NCBI GenBank assembly: GCA_965222375.1
Contig: CBDCTZ010000016.1
Location: 2,176,001-2,240,000 of the forward strand
From: Polyangiaceae bacterium
GTDB taxonomy: Bacteria > Myxococcota_A > Polyangia > Polyangiales > Polyangiaceae
DNA: 64,000 nucleotides
Direction: 5' to 3'
Numbering within the stretch: the first letter of the stretch is position 1; the number at the start of each line of letters is the position of its first letter. Below, piece after piece: positions 1 through 9,560 of this stretch. Position numbers and translations under genes: made by a program. Below the pieces are notes generated by a model. It was not told where the DNA came from. It made no database searches and saw only the letters and a program-made list of their open reading frames with translations.

Positions 1-43
1 TCTGTCACTGCTCAGGACCGAAGACCCCGGTTGGCTTATCGAT

Positions 44-388
44 GTGTGGTTGTGGCAGTGGCAACTGCCCGGTGTTGTCCCGTTTCTCGGGGTCGGTGTG
101 TTGGACGGGCTGTACGCCTACGGCGCTCGCGTTGCGATCCGGCGGCGACACGGCCTGGGTCTTCAATCGTCCGTGACCGCTGCGAGCCTACTACTCCTTG
201 CCGCGCTAGCCGCTCTGTTCATTGGCCTAACGGAGAAGTGGTTGAGCCCATACGAGCTGCTGCGAACCGGCGCTGTGATGTGGAATAAGGGTTGGAGAGG
301 CATGCGCATCACCGCGGGTCTGGTGGCGTTGCTTTCCGGAGGGAGCGGAGCGCTCATCACGGCCTCGGTCCGACGGGCTCAGCGTTGA
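44..388 (+). CDS. Membrane protein, probably 5'-truncated by the window edge
   Basis: Three hydrophobic segments; no convincing start or RBS. Confidence 0.5.
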   Translation: MWLWQWQLPGVVPFLGVGVLDGLYAYGARVAIRRRHGLGLQSSVTAASLLLLAALAALFIGLTEKWLSPYELLRTGAVMWNKGWRGMRITAGLVALLSGGSGALITASVRRAQR

Positions 389-403
389 GAAAAAGTACTG
401 CCA

Positions 404-1168
404 TCAGTCGACGATGCGACAACGCTGCTTGCCGCGGGCCACCACGCAGTGCCAGCGACCGCGCGGCGCGCGTGTTTTCGAACAGTAGCCCACTCCAGGT
501 CTCGTTTTTCGGTCGGCGTCGCAGTCGAGGGCCCCAGGACCTTTGCAGCGGCAGCTATAGCAGCGCTCCTTGGTGCAACAGTCGTTCATGTCACGGCAGA
601 CTCGCCTTTCCAATGGAACCCAGCGCAGCGGCGTTGCCCACTGGGTGCAGTCGTTTGCGTTCGCCGCTGGATTCGGTATGTGTCTTTTTAGCTGCTTTGC
701 GGAAATCGCCCCGCGGGTCTGCAGCCGGCCTTGGCTGACGGTGCAGACAGCTACGTCGACGTTGCCGGGCGGCGCACAGCGGCCCTCACCCAGTTGACCA
801 TCATGCACGGGTTGATTGCTGGGCAGGGGCTGGCCTTCAGCGGACAGCCCATTCGTGCACAAGCACCGCATACCCGGCGCGCACTCGCTCACATCCTGGC
901 AAGCGCATCCTGCGGAGTTGGCTCTCGACGTTGGTGCCGCTGATTGTGCCGCTTTCCTCGGGGCACGGGCTTCGCGTGGAGGGCGCGAACTTGCTGGCGC
1001 GGCCGGGACGTTCGGTTGTGCGGCGGAGGCTGGGGGCGGCCGGTGCACTACATCGCGTTCCGCACAGGCCGCGAGCAAGGCCCCAGCGCATAGGGGCCAA
1101 CACTTGTGTCGCTTGGGTCTGACGCCCCGTCCGCTACCGTCGGGCTCACGCTGCCGGCGCTGCTCCAT
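404..1168 (-). CDS. Cys-rich lipoprotein of unknown function
   Basis: Lipobox-like ALLAAC, Pro/Ala linker, two Cys-rich modules. Confidence 0.55.
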   Translation of the reverse strand: MEQRRQREPDGSGRGVRPKRHKCWPLCAGALLAACAERDVVHRPPPASAAQPNVPAAPASSRPPREARAPRKAAQSAAPTSRANSAGCACQDVSECAPGMRCLCTNGLSAEGQPLPSNQPVHDGQLGEGRCAPPGNVDVAVCTVSQGRLQTRGAISAKQLKRHIPNPAANANDCTQWATPLRWVPLERRVCRDMNDCCTKERCYSCRCKGPGALDCDADRKTRPGVGYCSKTRAPRGRWHCVVARGKQRCRIVD

Positions 1169-1331
1169 GGAGCCTATCTACGTGGCATCCAGGACGGCCG
1201 CCATGGTCGCTCGTGCGAAGTAATTGGTCGTAATTCGTCCGGCAGCCGACCCACCAATCTCGAGCAGTGCCAGAAGGGCCCATAGTCGATAGAAGTGGCG
1301 CTACACGAGCTGAGAGGCGCGCCCCCAAACG

Positions 1332-2843
1332 TCAGTAGCGCATGCCGACGACACGGGGGACCTTGTTTTCGGATACGAGGTGCAGCTCCATCGCTTGCGG
1401 AAGTAGTTTGCCACGGCGTTCACCCTGCACGCGGACGATGGTGTAGTCGCGGTGGCGAATGGCCTCGGGCATCGCGATGTCGATGTCCCCGAGGGTGTCC
1501 GAGAGGCGGATGGTGTCCATCAGGGGCGTGCCCTCGTCGTCCAGGAACGTGATGCGATAGGCAGAGCCGACGCGACTGGCCATGCCGGCGCTGACCGCGG
1601 TGTCCGAGAGGGAAAGCAGCTCCGGGGTCAGGCTGGTGACTTTGACGGGTGTGACTCGTTTCATCCAGCGGGCGACGAGTTGGTCGCGGCGGGCGGCAAT
1701 GGCGCCCTTCAGGTGGCGAGCGAGGGCTTCGTTCGGTAGCCGAGCTTCGACGATGGCGCGGGCAATGAACGCGTTGCTGACTCTCAGTAGACGCTTTGCG
1801 AGCCAATAGCCATCGCCCGGCAGCAGGTAGTCGATCGGATCGAAGGGCATGCCTAGCTGGTGATCGTGCTCGGCGGTTGGGCGGAACACCGTCAGCGAAG
1901 TCTGCTTGGAGTGCTCGTCCGGTCGATACAGCCCAAGGGTGATCAAGCTCCAGCTGGTGCTGCCGCGCACGGTCCCGGCAGCGCTGACGACCGGGTCGTA
2001 CTCAGCAAGTGCGGAGGCTCCAAGAGAGGCGCTCAGCCCAACAAGGAAGTGTTGGACGTGCCCGCGGCCGGGGGGGCCAACGTAGATGTCCCGCAAGCGA
2101 TGAGGCCCGAAGTCCGGGATCTCGAGCCAGCTGGCCAAGATCCCCAACACGCGCAAGGTGCGGCGCGCGGTTGGAGCGACTCGATCATTCGGGTCGTCGG
2201 ATCGCGACTTGGACGGCGCAGTGGGGCCGAGATCGATCCCGACAGGCCAACGCACGATGCGCCACACGGGGCTCTTGGATAGCCTCGCCGGCACCATGCC
2301 GGAGATGAGACTCGGATCTGCGCGCACGACCCAGGTCGCCGGTGTCCGATAGCCGAGGGCGCGCACGAGCCTCGATCCAACGGCTGCAGCGGCGCTGGCC
2401 GTATTGGGTCGGCCATGCGGATCCGGAGCGATCCGATAGCTGATGCCGCGGGCGTCCAACGCTTCAAGCGGGCCGCGCTTCGGTATGCGGACAACGCTCA
2501 GGGGCGGGCGGGGCGGTCCATCCGGTGCGTAGGCTCTTGGGAACTTTGCGGCGTCCAGGGGGACGGGAGCAAACCAGGAGGAGAGAGGGACTTCGTCCAA
2601 GGCATTGATGTCTTGCGCATGGCCAATGCGCCGGGCGTCCAGGGCTTGAACCACGGGGCGCCGCACGTACACCTCAGCTCGGTAGATTGGGTCGATACTC
2701 GAAGTGCGTTGCGGCAGCGGGATCGGCGCGTCGTCGAGCACTCGGGTGACCGGTGGGGCATCCGCGAAGCGTGCTGGATGTGCTGCGCAGCCGACACAGG
2801 CGGCGAGCAGCGCTAGGGCCAAGGCCCGAGTGAGGTGTGACAT
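1332..2843 (-). CDS. Lipoprotein, 503 aa, possible degenerate kinase-like fold
   Basis: Signal peptide with lipobox (LLAACVGC); start overlaps the stop of the upstream Omp85-like gene. Confidence 0.7.
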   Translation of the reverse strand: MSHLTRALALALLAACVGCAAHPARFADAPPVTRVLDDAPIPLPQRTSSIDPIYRAEVYVRRPVVQALDARRIGHAQDINALDEVPLSSWFAPVPLDAAKFPRAYAPDGPPRPPLSVVRIPKRGPLEALDARGISYRIAPDPHGRPNTASAAAAVGSRLVRALGYRTPATWVVRADPSLISGMVPARLSKSPVWRIVRWPVGIDLGPTAPSKSRSDDPNDRVAPTARRTLRVLGILASWLEIPDFGPHRLRDIYVGPPGRGHVQHFLVGLSASLGASALAEYDPVVSAAGTVRGSTSWSLITLGLYRPDEHSKQTSLTVFRPTAEHDHQLGMPFDPIDYLLPGDGYWLAKRLLRVSNAFIARAIVEARLPNEALARHLKGAIAARRDQLVARWMKRVTPVKVTSLTPELLSLSDTAVSAGMASRVGSAYRITFLDDEGTPLMDTIRLSDTLGDIDIAMPEAIRHRDYTIVRVQGERRGKLLPQAMELHLVSENKVPRVVGMRY

Positions 2844-4174
2844 CAGTTGCGGTGCTGCCTATCTCCGAAACCCGAGGATACGCCAAAGCCGAAGGAAAAC
2901 AGAAAGCCCTCCGGGCTAAAGGCCGCGCGCACGGAGCCCAATTGCGACGAGCGGCTGAAGACATCGAAGCCAAAGCCGCCAACCAGTCGGGCATTCGTGA
3001 GTTCGAGATCGGAGACCTTCGGAGCGACGGTTGCGGCATCTGTAAATAGTCTCGCTGCCAGGTAGCGCGCGATGGCCCAACGGTAGTCCAGGGTCATCAC
3101 GAGCGAAACGCGGTCGCGGCGATTGTTGAAGCCACGGAAATCAGGTTGATTCACGAACTCGTTGAAGGGAACCGCGCCATCCAAGTCGTCCAGACCGTCC
3201 AAAGCGATCTTCGGCGATAGAATATTCGACGCCTCGAGCACAGGCATGAAAACAGCCGCGCGGCCACCAACCCGCATGAAACGGGTGTCCGTGTCGAGCA
3301 CGCCATTGGCTTGTCCCAAATAGCCTTCGACGAGCACACCTGAGGAGGGGCGACTGCGGGACGCTCGCGTGTCGCCGCGCAGCGCAACCTCGCTGTAGAC
3401 GATGTGGCTTACGGCGTCGGCGCCAGGCACCGTGTTCGGCTGGAAAACCTCGCTGAGCGTGTCCGCTTCATCGGGTGGTTTCAGCACGCTTCGACGCGCG
3501 ATGCTCGTGGAGGCGAGCAATTCCACATCCGAAAAGACACGCGTGCCACCGGATGCGATGAAGCGCCCGCGGCGTTCCCGGTAGGTCGCCGAGCGGGACG
3601 GGGCGGTGGCGCTGAATTGGTTGCGCGGATCTGATTCCGGGTCTTGGCCTAGGCCAAGGAAGCCGACGGACGAGCGAACATCATGAAAGGCTTCCAGAGA
3701 TAGTGAGAAGGGTAGGGGTCGTCGAAAGCTCAGGCGCAACTTGGACTCCGCCACCATGTCGTTGGTGCCGCCAAAGCCGGCGCGCACGGTGGCTCCGAGG
3801 TTCTTTGCGCGGGCAATGGCGCGGGCACCCACATTGAAGCCGCTGCCGGTCTCTGCGAACAGGGTCGGAAAGGCGTGGATTTCGCCTTCCCCGGGATGCA
3901 GCAGATCGTGCACCCGGGGCACCACCTGCTCTTCTTCGATCAAGCCAGCGGCGGCGCCGGTGGCCAGGAACAAGACCTCAACGGCAGTCTTCGGGATGAA
4001 GAGCACGCCCGTTGCTACTTCACGCGCGGTGTCCTCGGACTCTCGCGCCGGCCGCTCCACACCTGTGACTTTTTTCGGATCGCGCTCGGTACGCTCGGCC
4101 ATCGCCGCCGACGCCGAGCTCAGGGCGAGGCAAAGGACGGTAAAGGCTGCGTGCCGTTTCGGTAGCGTCAGCAC
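2843..4174 (-). CDS. Omp85/BamA-TamA-like outer-membrane beta-barrel protein
   Basis: Signal peptide, amphipathic beta strands, FRGFNNRR motif resembling the Omp85 (V/L)RG(F/Y) loop, aromatic C-terminal strand. Confidence 0.7.
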   Translation of the reverse strand: MLTLPKRHAAFTVLCLALSSASAAMAERTERDPKKVTGVERPARESEDTAREVATGVLFIPKTAVEVLFLATGAAAGLIEEEQVVPRVHDLLHPGEGEIHAFPTLFAETGSGFNVGARAIARAKNLGATVRAGFGGTNDMVAESKLRLSFRRPLPFSLSLEAFHDVRSSVGFLGLGQDPESDPRNQFSATAPSRSATYRERRGRFIASGGTRVFSDVELLASTSIARRSVLKPPDEADTLSEVFQPNTVPGADAVSHIVYSEVALRGDTRASRSRPSSGVLVEGYLGQANGVLDTDTRFMRVGGRAAVFMPVLEASNILSPKIALDGLDDLDGAVPFNEFVNQPDFRGFNNRRDRVSLVMTLDYRWAIARYLAARLFTDAATVAPKVSDLELTNARLVGGFGFDVFSRSSQLGSVRAAFSPEGFLFSFGFGVSSGFGDRQHRN

Positions 4175-4207
4175 GAGCGACGGTGAGTGTTGAGGATCAG
4201 CGTTGAC

Positions 4208-4660
4208 TCACGGAGCGCACTGGAAAAGCGTCTTGTTCGGCTCGCTATTCAGAGCGGCACATGCGGGAGGGTCGGGCGCGACCTTCCCGCAGAGCTCGGT
4301 GCAGGCGTACTGGTTGAAGCCTTGGATGCAGGACTGCACTTGGGCATCGCTGGCGGATTCGGTGCCTTGGTACGCGGCATCTGTGGTGCAGTTCGAGAGG
4401 AAACCGGCCTCAGTGGTGGCACAAAAGTTCGAGTCCACGACGCCGGCCCCAGGGTTGGAGGCATTCTTGTAAACCTTGCAGCGAAGCAACGTACCGCACA
4501 CCGCGGCGTAGAGCTGTTTGCAGCGTTCGAAGCGACTGCTCCCCGTCGCGCCACCAGTGCCGGTGGTCCCGCCAGCACCCGGGCCGGAGGCCGTGCTTTT
4601 GCTGCTGCAGCCGAGTGCAGCGAGAGCAACTACCAACAACAGGCTTCTCGCGAAGTGCAT
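4208..4660 (-). CDS. Cys-rich lipoprotein
   Basis: ATG 4660, lipobox ALGC, Gly/Thr linker, Cys-rich domain. Confidence 0.75.
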   Translation of the reverse strand: MHFARSLLLVVALAALGCSSKSTASGPGAGGTTGTGGATGSSRFERCKQLYAAVCGTLLRCKVYKNASNPGAGVVDSNFCATTEAGFLSNCTTDAAYQGTESASDAQVQSCIQGFNQYACTELCGKVAPDPPACAALNSEPNKTLFQCAP

Positions 4661-4830
4661 GGTGAGAAGAGTATCTTTGGAGCCCAACGGTGACTAGTGT
4701 GGCTCTCGTTGGGCGCGCTGCACTGCGCCCCGTCGATCTCGCTCTTGTCCGGAGCGAGCAGGGAGCATCCCAGCGCCATGCAACTCAAAGCGAGGCAGGA
4801 CCAGGACCGGGACGCGCACATGCTCGACAT
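4630..4830 (-). pseudogene. Truncated lipoprotein N-terminus, paralogous to the 15632 gene
   Basis: ALGCSLLAPDKSEIDG resembles GLHCTLLAPDSDGIVG at 15632; similarity is lost after about 35 aa. Confidence 0.35.
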
Positions 4831-4943
4831 CGGTCAAGAGTCTACCGTGCTACATCCCGAAGTGTGGCGACGGATTTCGCGCCCTGCGCCGGGAATGCTC
4901 TCGCAGCCGCGCCCGTACCACATCCGCCTGGAGTGAAACGCCC

Positions 4944-7109
4944 ATGTCCGCCCGAAAAGTAGAATCTGCTGTCTCGGTTCGAGCGCGGCCGCTGCATGGG
5001 CGTGACTCCGAACTCGCACGCGTGATGGCGTTGGTGACGGAGGGAGAGCGGGTTACCCTCACGGGGCTGCCTGGGGTTGGGAAGACCGCACTGCTCAACA
5101 GCGCGATCCGAGCGCTGCGCGCTCAGTTCGAGGTCCAATGGCTGGTGCCTGGTGCGCCTCTGCCGCAGAGAGGAACCGGGCGCTTGCTCGTTGCTGACGT
5201 TTCAAGAGCCGACGCCGTCGAGGTGCCTGCGCTCACTGCAGCCGTGGAAGGCTGGGCTGGTCCGGCGCTGGTTGCCGCAAGTACAGCCCTCGGCGTGAGC
5301 GCTGAGCGCGTTGTGACTTTGCTGGGTCTGGGTGCACCTGCAAACGTCGATGGCCTCGAAGGTCATCCCGCTGCCGCCCTGTGGCTGGAGCACGTACGCG
5401 ACAGCGCGGGCGATGGGTATGCCCTCCCTCCAAGCGAGCGAGGTGCGCTGAAGTCGCTGCTCGAGCAGGTGGACGGACTGCCTGCCGCCGTGGTCATTTC
5501 TGCCGAACTGTTCTCGGCGTTGAGCTTGACTGAGCAGCTCGAGCAGTTGAGGACTGACGACGATCCCCTGGGGCTGCGCCTGTCCAAGCTGTTCGTTGCT
5601 GCTTGGAAGGTGTTGAGCAACGACCAGCAAGCCATCATGTTGTCTGCCTTGGTCATGAGTGGCACCTCTCTGGCGGAGGTTCGCTCACAGTTGGGGGCGG
5701 GCGCGTCGGAGGACCTGCTCGCGTTGCAACAGCGTGGCCTTCTGCGGCGCGGCAAGGCGGAACGCCTTCAGCTCCCACCCCCCGTCGCGCTTTCGATGCG
5801 ACACCTCGCTGGGTCGGAGGCCTTGGCGCAGGCCTCCGAGGCCTACGGGCGGCGTTTGCTCGAGCGTCTGAAGCAGGCGCTCATTCCAACGGGTGCCCTC
5901 GAGGGCGCTCGCGCCGCCCTCGAAGGACTGTTGAGCGAACCGGACCTCGTTCCGCAGCTGCGGTTCGATGCGCTGCTTGCGCTAGCGGATACGACCAACA
6001 AACTCGGCGACCCGGAAACCGCGTTGGATTGTACCGAGCAAGCGCATCGACTCGCGGTTACGGCGCAGCACCCCACGTGGGTCGCTCGAACCTTGATTCA
6101 AACGGCAGCGGTCTTCACGCAGCTTGGGGATCCTGCCGGCGCCATGACCCACGCGGAACGTGCGGTTCAGGCCGCTCAGGAGGCTGACCCACATGTCCAG
6201 CTCGAGGCGGGTGTTGTGTTGGCATCCGCGCTTCACGTGGGGCAGAGCTTGGAAAACGCTCGAGGCCATTACGAGCAGCAGGCCCGGCGCGCTGCGGAGT
6301 TCGGGGAGCGGGCTGTCGAGGCGCGCTGTATGGCGTACCGAGCTTTCGCCGCGACGGAGCTGGGGCATTTCGCCGAGGCGCTGGTGGAGCTGCGGGATGC
6401 GGTCGCCCTGCTCGAGGCGGCCGGGGACTCACGCTACGCTGGATTCACCCGCGCTGTGTTGGGGCTCATCAGCGCGGCAGAAGGCCATGTAGATATTGGC
6501 GAGACGTTGGTAGCGAAGGCAGCGAGGGCCCTGGACAAGAGCGATGACCCCTTCCTGACGACAGCCGTGAAGTTGTGCGGGATGGCAGTCCGCGCTCGAG
6601 CGGCAGGGGAGGGACCGGAGCGCACCGCTCGCCTTGCCGAGCTCGGCGCGTTGTTGCGGGAGTGCAAGAACCCCGACGCCGAGACGCGCGCCCCCACTGC
6701 GCGCTCCTTGGAGTTACGGCGGCTCGTGGCCTACTTGGATGCCACTCTCCTTCCCGATTCGGCGGCGCGAGCCGTGCTGCTCCTGGGGCCGGCGTACAGC
6801 TGGATGAGCATGGGCGGCGAACCCCGCTTGGATCTGCAAAGGCGGACGACTGCGCGTAGATTGTTGCAATGCTTGGTGGAGACGCAGCAGCGGGCCCCCG
6901 GGGCAGCCGCCGCGAGTGCAGCACTTGTGGCGGCTGCCTGGCCGGAGCAGCGCGTCATCAACGATTCTTCTATCAATCGACTGCGGGTCGCGATCTTCCG
7001 CTTGCGCCAGCTCGGCCTTGGCGAACGCGTTCAGTATGCGTCAGACGGTTACCTGCTCGATCCGAGCGTCGAGATCCGCCACGACGACTCCCCCGCCGAT
7101 AGCCAGTGA
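4944..7109 (+). CDS. P-loop NTPase / TPR / C-terminal winged-helix regulator (STAND-like)
   Basis: HGRDSEL, Walker A GLPGVGKT, DGLPAAV, TPR-like helices, C-terminal LVAAAWPEQ...NRLRVAIFRLRQLGL. Confidence 0.8.
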   Translation: MSARKVESAVSVRARPLHGRDSELARVMALVTEGERVTLTGLPGVGKTALLNSAIRALRAQFEVQWLVPGAPLPQRGTGRLLVADVSRADAVEVPALTAAVEGWAGPALVAASTALGVSAERVVTLLGLGAPANVDGLEGHPAAALWLEHVRDSAGDGYALPPSERGALKSLLEQVDGLPAAVVISAELFSALSLTEQLEQLRTDDDPLGLRLSKLFVAAWKVLSNDQQAIMLSALVMSGTSLAEVRSQLGAGASEDLLALQQRGLLRRGKAERLQLPPPVALSMRHLAGSEALAQASEAYGRRLLERLKQALIPTGALEGARAALEGLLSEPDLVPQLRFDALLALADTTNKLGDPETALDCTEQAHRLAVTAQHPTWVARTLIQTAAVFTQLGDPAGAMTHAERAVQAAQEADPHVQLEAGVVLASALHVGQSLENARGHYEQQARRAAEFGERAVEARCMAYRAFAATELGHFAEALVELRDAVALLEAAGDSRYAGFTRAVLGLISAAEGHVDIGETLVAKAARALDKSDDPFLTTAVKLCGMAVRARAAGEGPERTARLAELGALLRECKNPDAETRAPTARSLELRRLVAYLDATLLPDSAARAVLLLGPAYSWMSMGGEPRLDLQRRTTARRLLQCLVETQQRAPGAAAASAALVAAAWPEQRVINDSSINRLRVAIFRLRQLGLGERVQYASDGYLLDPSVEIRHDDSPADSQ

Positions 7110-7193
7110 CTTGGATCATGGGCGCACCCGCGAAGCTCTAGAGCAGCGGTAGCGCCCCGGCGCGCCCCCTCGCGCGCCGGGGCACCCCTGAGC

Positions 7194-8591
7194 TCAGCGT
7201 AGCGCGGCTCGAATGGCCGCCATGGCTCGGAGCGCGCTGATCTTCCGCTGCTGATTGCTTTCGTTGTCGTAGTACTTCGCCAGCGCCGGCAGGAGTCGTT
7301 TGTCGGGCACGACACCGAGGCCCCAATAGTCCGACAGGATGTTTCCATTGTGGTCACGCCCGCCCACGCCATTGCGCGCCGCGTCGCGGATCTTCTCTTT
7401 CGGGTCATCCAACAGCTTGATCAGCTGAGTGGTCGACTTGGACTTGCCGCGTTGGGCCAAAGCGATATGGCCATAGACCTTGGCGCCCCGGAGCGAGCGG
7501 TTGTCGCTGTTGGCCAGCCGGCTCAGGGCGGCGTTGATCTTGCCGCTGACGGACTTGGTCTTGATGAAGGTCGATTCGATTGCAGCCTGCCTGGCGATGG
7601 ACCCGCTGATGGATCGCTTGCGGGGCTTGTACGTTCTGCCGCGCTTCTTGGCCCGGGCCTTGTTCTTTGCGATGCGCTCCTTTTCGCGAGCGGTCAGGGG
7701 CTTGTCACCCGAGATGTAGATGGTCAGGTCCTTCAAGTACTTGGTCTTGCCCAGATTGATCAGTGCACCGATGAGGGGCAGTCGTTTGTGGGGCGCTTTG
7801 GCTTCGGAAAGCTGAGCCTCGAGAAACCGTATGGCTCCTTTGTCCCCCATCCGTCCGAGGGAGCGCGCAACCTCCTTGGGATACTTCTCGAAGCTGCGCT
7901 CGAGCTTGCTCCTCGCGGATTTCTGCTTGAGTTCGCCAAGGTAGTAGATGCAGCTCTGGCGCACGCCGTCCGGGCCCCGTGAGCTCAGAGCGTTCTTGCA
8001 ATAGCCGGCGGCCGTCGTCGCGCCCCAGCGTGCGAGCGCCTGCAGCGCCGGTCGCTTGTAGCGGGCGCCCTTGTCCCCGTATTTGATCAAGCCGGTCAGG
8101 GCAGGCACGCTGCGCTTCTTGTCGCCCATGTAGTAGAGCGAATAGGCAACGGCTTCCCGCACATTCGCTCCGGCGGGGCCGATGTTCTTGGCGGAGATCA
8201 GATTCGTCAACAGTGGTACGTGTCGCTGGTTGCCGACGTAGCCTACGCCAGCGATTCCGAGCAGGTGCTCGAATTGCCCGTCACTGGAGCCGCAGTCGCT
8301 CTTGAATACGAGACTGCCGAGCTTCTTGCCCGCTGGTCGGGTCAAATCCGCGAGCATGCCAACGAACCCCGGCGAAAGCTTTCCCTGCACCGCGTGCAAG
8401 GACGCGTCACATTTGTCGATGTTGATGTGGCACTTGTACTCCCGAGTCAGCTTCTTCAGCTGGCCTCTGGCGGCGCAAGTCTTGGGCTGTCGGTACTTGG
8501 ATTGAATTGGGTTGGGCTCGACCGCACTCGCGGAACCCGCGACGAGCAGTGCGGCCGTGATGCCAGCGATGGATGTAGATAGTTTCTGCAT
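7194..8591 (-). CDS. Secreted, basic HEAT-repeat protein
   Basis: ATG 8591 with GGAG RBS, Sec signal ASA-VE, HEAT-like repeats (VARSLGRMGDKGAI, LLDDPKEKIRDAA). Confidence 0.75.
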   Translation of the reverse strand: MQKLSTSIAGITAALLVAGSASAVEPNPIQSKYRQPKTCAARGQLKKLTREYKCHINIDKCDASLHAVQGKLSPGFVGMLADLTRPAGKKLGSLVFKSDCGSSDGQFEHLLGIAGVGYVGNQRHVPLLTNLISAKNIGPAGANVREAVAYSLYYMGDKKRSVPALTGLIKYGDKGARYKRPALQALARWGATTAAGYCKNALSSRGPDGVRQSCIYYLGELKQKSARSKLERSFEKYPKEVARSLGRMGDKGAIRFLEAQLSEAKAPHKRLPLIGALINLGKTKYLKDLTIYISGDKPLTAREKERIAKNKARAKKRGRTYKPRKRSISGSIARQAAIESTFIKTKSVSGKINAALSRLANSDNRSLRGAKVYGHIALAQRGKSKSTTQLIKLLDDPKEKIRDAARNGVGGRDHNGNILSDYWGLGVVPDKRLLPALAKYYDNESNQQRKISALRAMAAIRAALR

Positions 8592-8708
8592 GTTGTCTCC
8601 CGGCGAGCATACGGACGCGCGCAATCTAGATCCCCGCGCCGGGGCGACATGTAATCCGCTGTAATCCCAGCGCAGAAGCGTCGCTGGAGCCCGCCCACGC
8701 ACAGCGGC

Positions 8709-9560
8709 TTAGAACGCGCCCTGGAGACTCAACCTACCGCCACCCGGCGTGGCGCGGGCCGCAACGGCGGTTTCGACCTTGGAGTTGGGTGCGGTGAGCA
8801 CTAGGACCGCAGCGGTGCCCAGGGCGGCGACTCCAATCCCTAGCGCTATGTCGGCGAAGAGGTAGCGCTGCTTCATGCTGTCGTACTCGTCTTGACTGCA
8901 GAGCGGGGAGCACGACTCGAGGTCGTTTTCCTTGGCGCGTCCGGTGACCGCGAAATAGCCGAACCCACCCAGAGCCACGATGCCCACTCCGCCGGCAATC
9001 CACGCCGCGGTTGGAACGCCGGAGGATGTCTCCGTATCGGCAGTGGCGTTGTCAGCCCCAAGGGGCCGCGGACCAGTGGCGTCCTTCGCGGGCGTTTCGA
9101 AGCGAAACATTAGGGGCCGGGTCTTTTCTCCCTCTCGGATGACGACGCGAGCTTTCGCCGTCCGTTCGCCATCAGTGACCTCGAGATTCCGGATCCCAGG
9201 GTCGAGGATGATCGCTCGCCCATCGATTCTCGTCGCGACTTGCTTCCCATCTAGAAGAACACGCGCATCGACGACGTCAGCGCCGGCGCTGTCCGTAACG
9301 GCAACCACGACGGATGGAGTTCGATTACCCACTTCCTGAGATAGCCGTGCACATTCCTCGCGTACCTCGTCGGGGCAGTCGTCGCTGGCACACGCTAGGA
9401 ACGCCCGCTTGGCCTCCACGAGCTTGGCGTCCCGACTTGCGTCCAGGCCAACGGTGTGATCTTGCACGCATTGCTTGGCGTCCGCCCGCGCGTCCAGCGC
9501 GGTGGCGAACCCTGGCATTGCACATGCAATGCCGACCAGGAGTGGGGCTGGGTGTCTCAC
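8709..9560 (-). CDS. PEGA-like domain secreted/membrane protein
   Basis: GTG overlaps the kinase stop; DARVLLDG...LDPG PEGA-like segment; C-terminal TM hairpin and beta strand ending GAF. Confidence 0.75.
   Translation of the reverse strand: MRHPAPLLVGIACAMPGFATALDARADAKQCVQDHTVGLDASRDAKLVEAKRAFLACASDDCPDEVREECARLSQEVGNRTPSVVVAVTDSAGADVVDARVLLDGKQVATRIDGRAIILDPGIRNLEVTDGERTAKARVVIREGEKTRPLMFRFETPAKDATGPRPLGADNATADTETSSGVPTAAWIAGGVGIVALGGFGYFAVTGRAKENDLESCSPLCSQDEYDSMKQRYLFADIALGIGVAALGTAAVLVLTAPNSKVETAVAARATPGGGRLSLQGAF

Noticed and set aside
4420..4445. tRNA T-loop-like GTTCGAGTCC
   Set aside because: Lies inside a lipoprotein CDS and no cloverleaf can be built.
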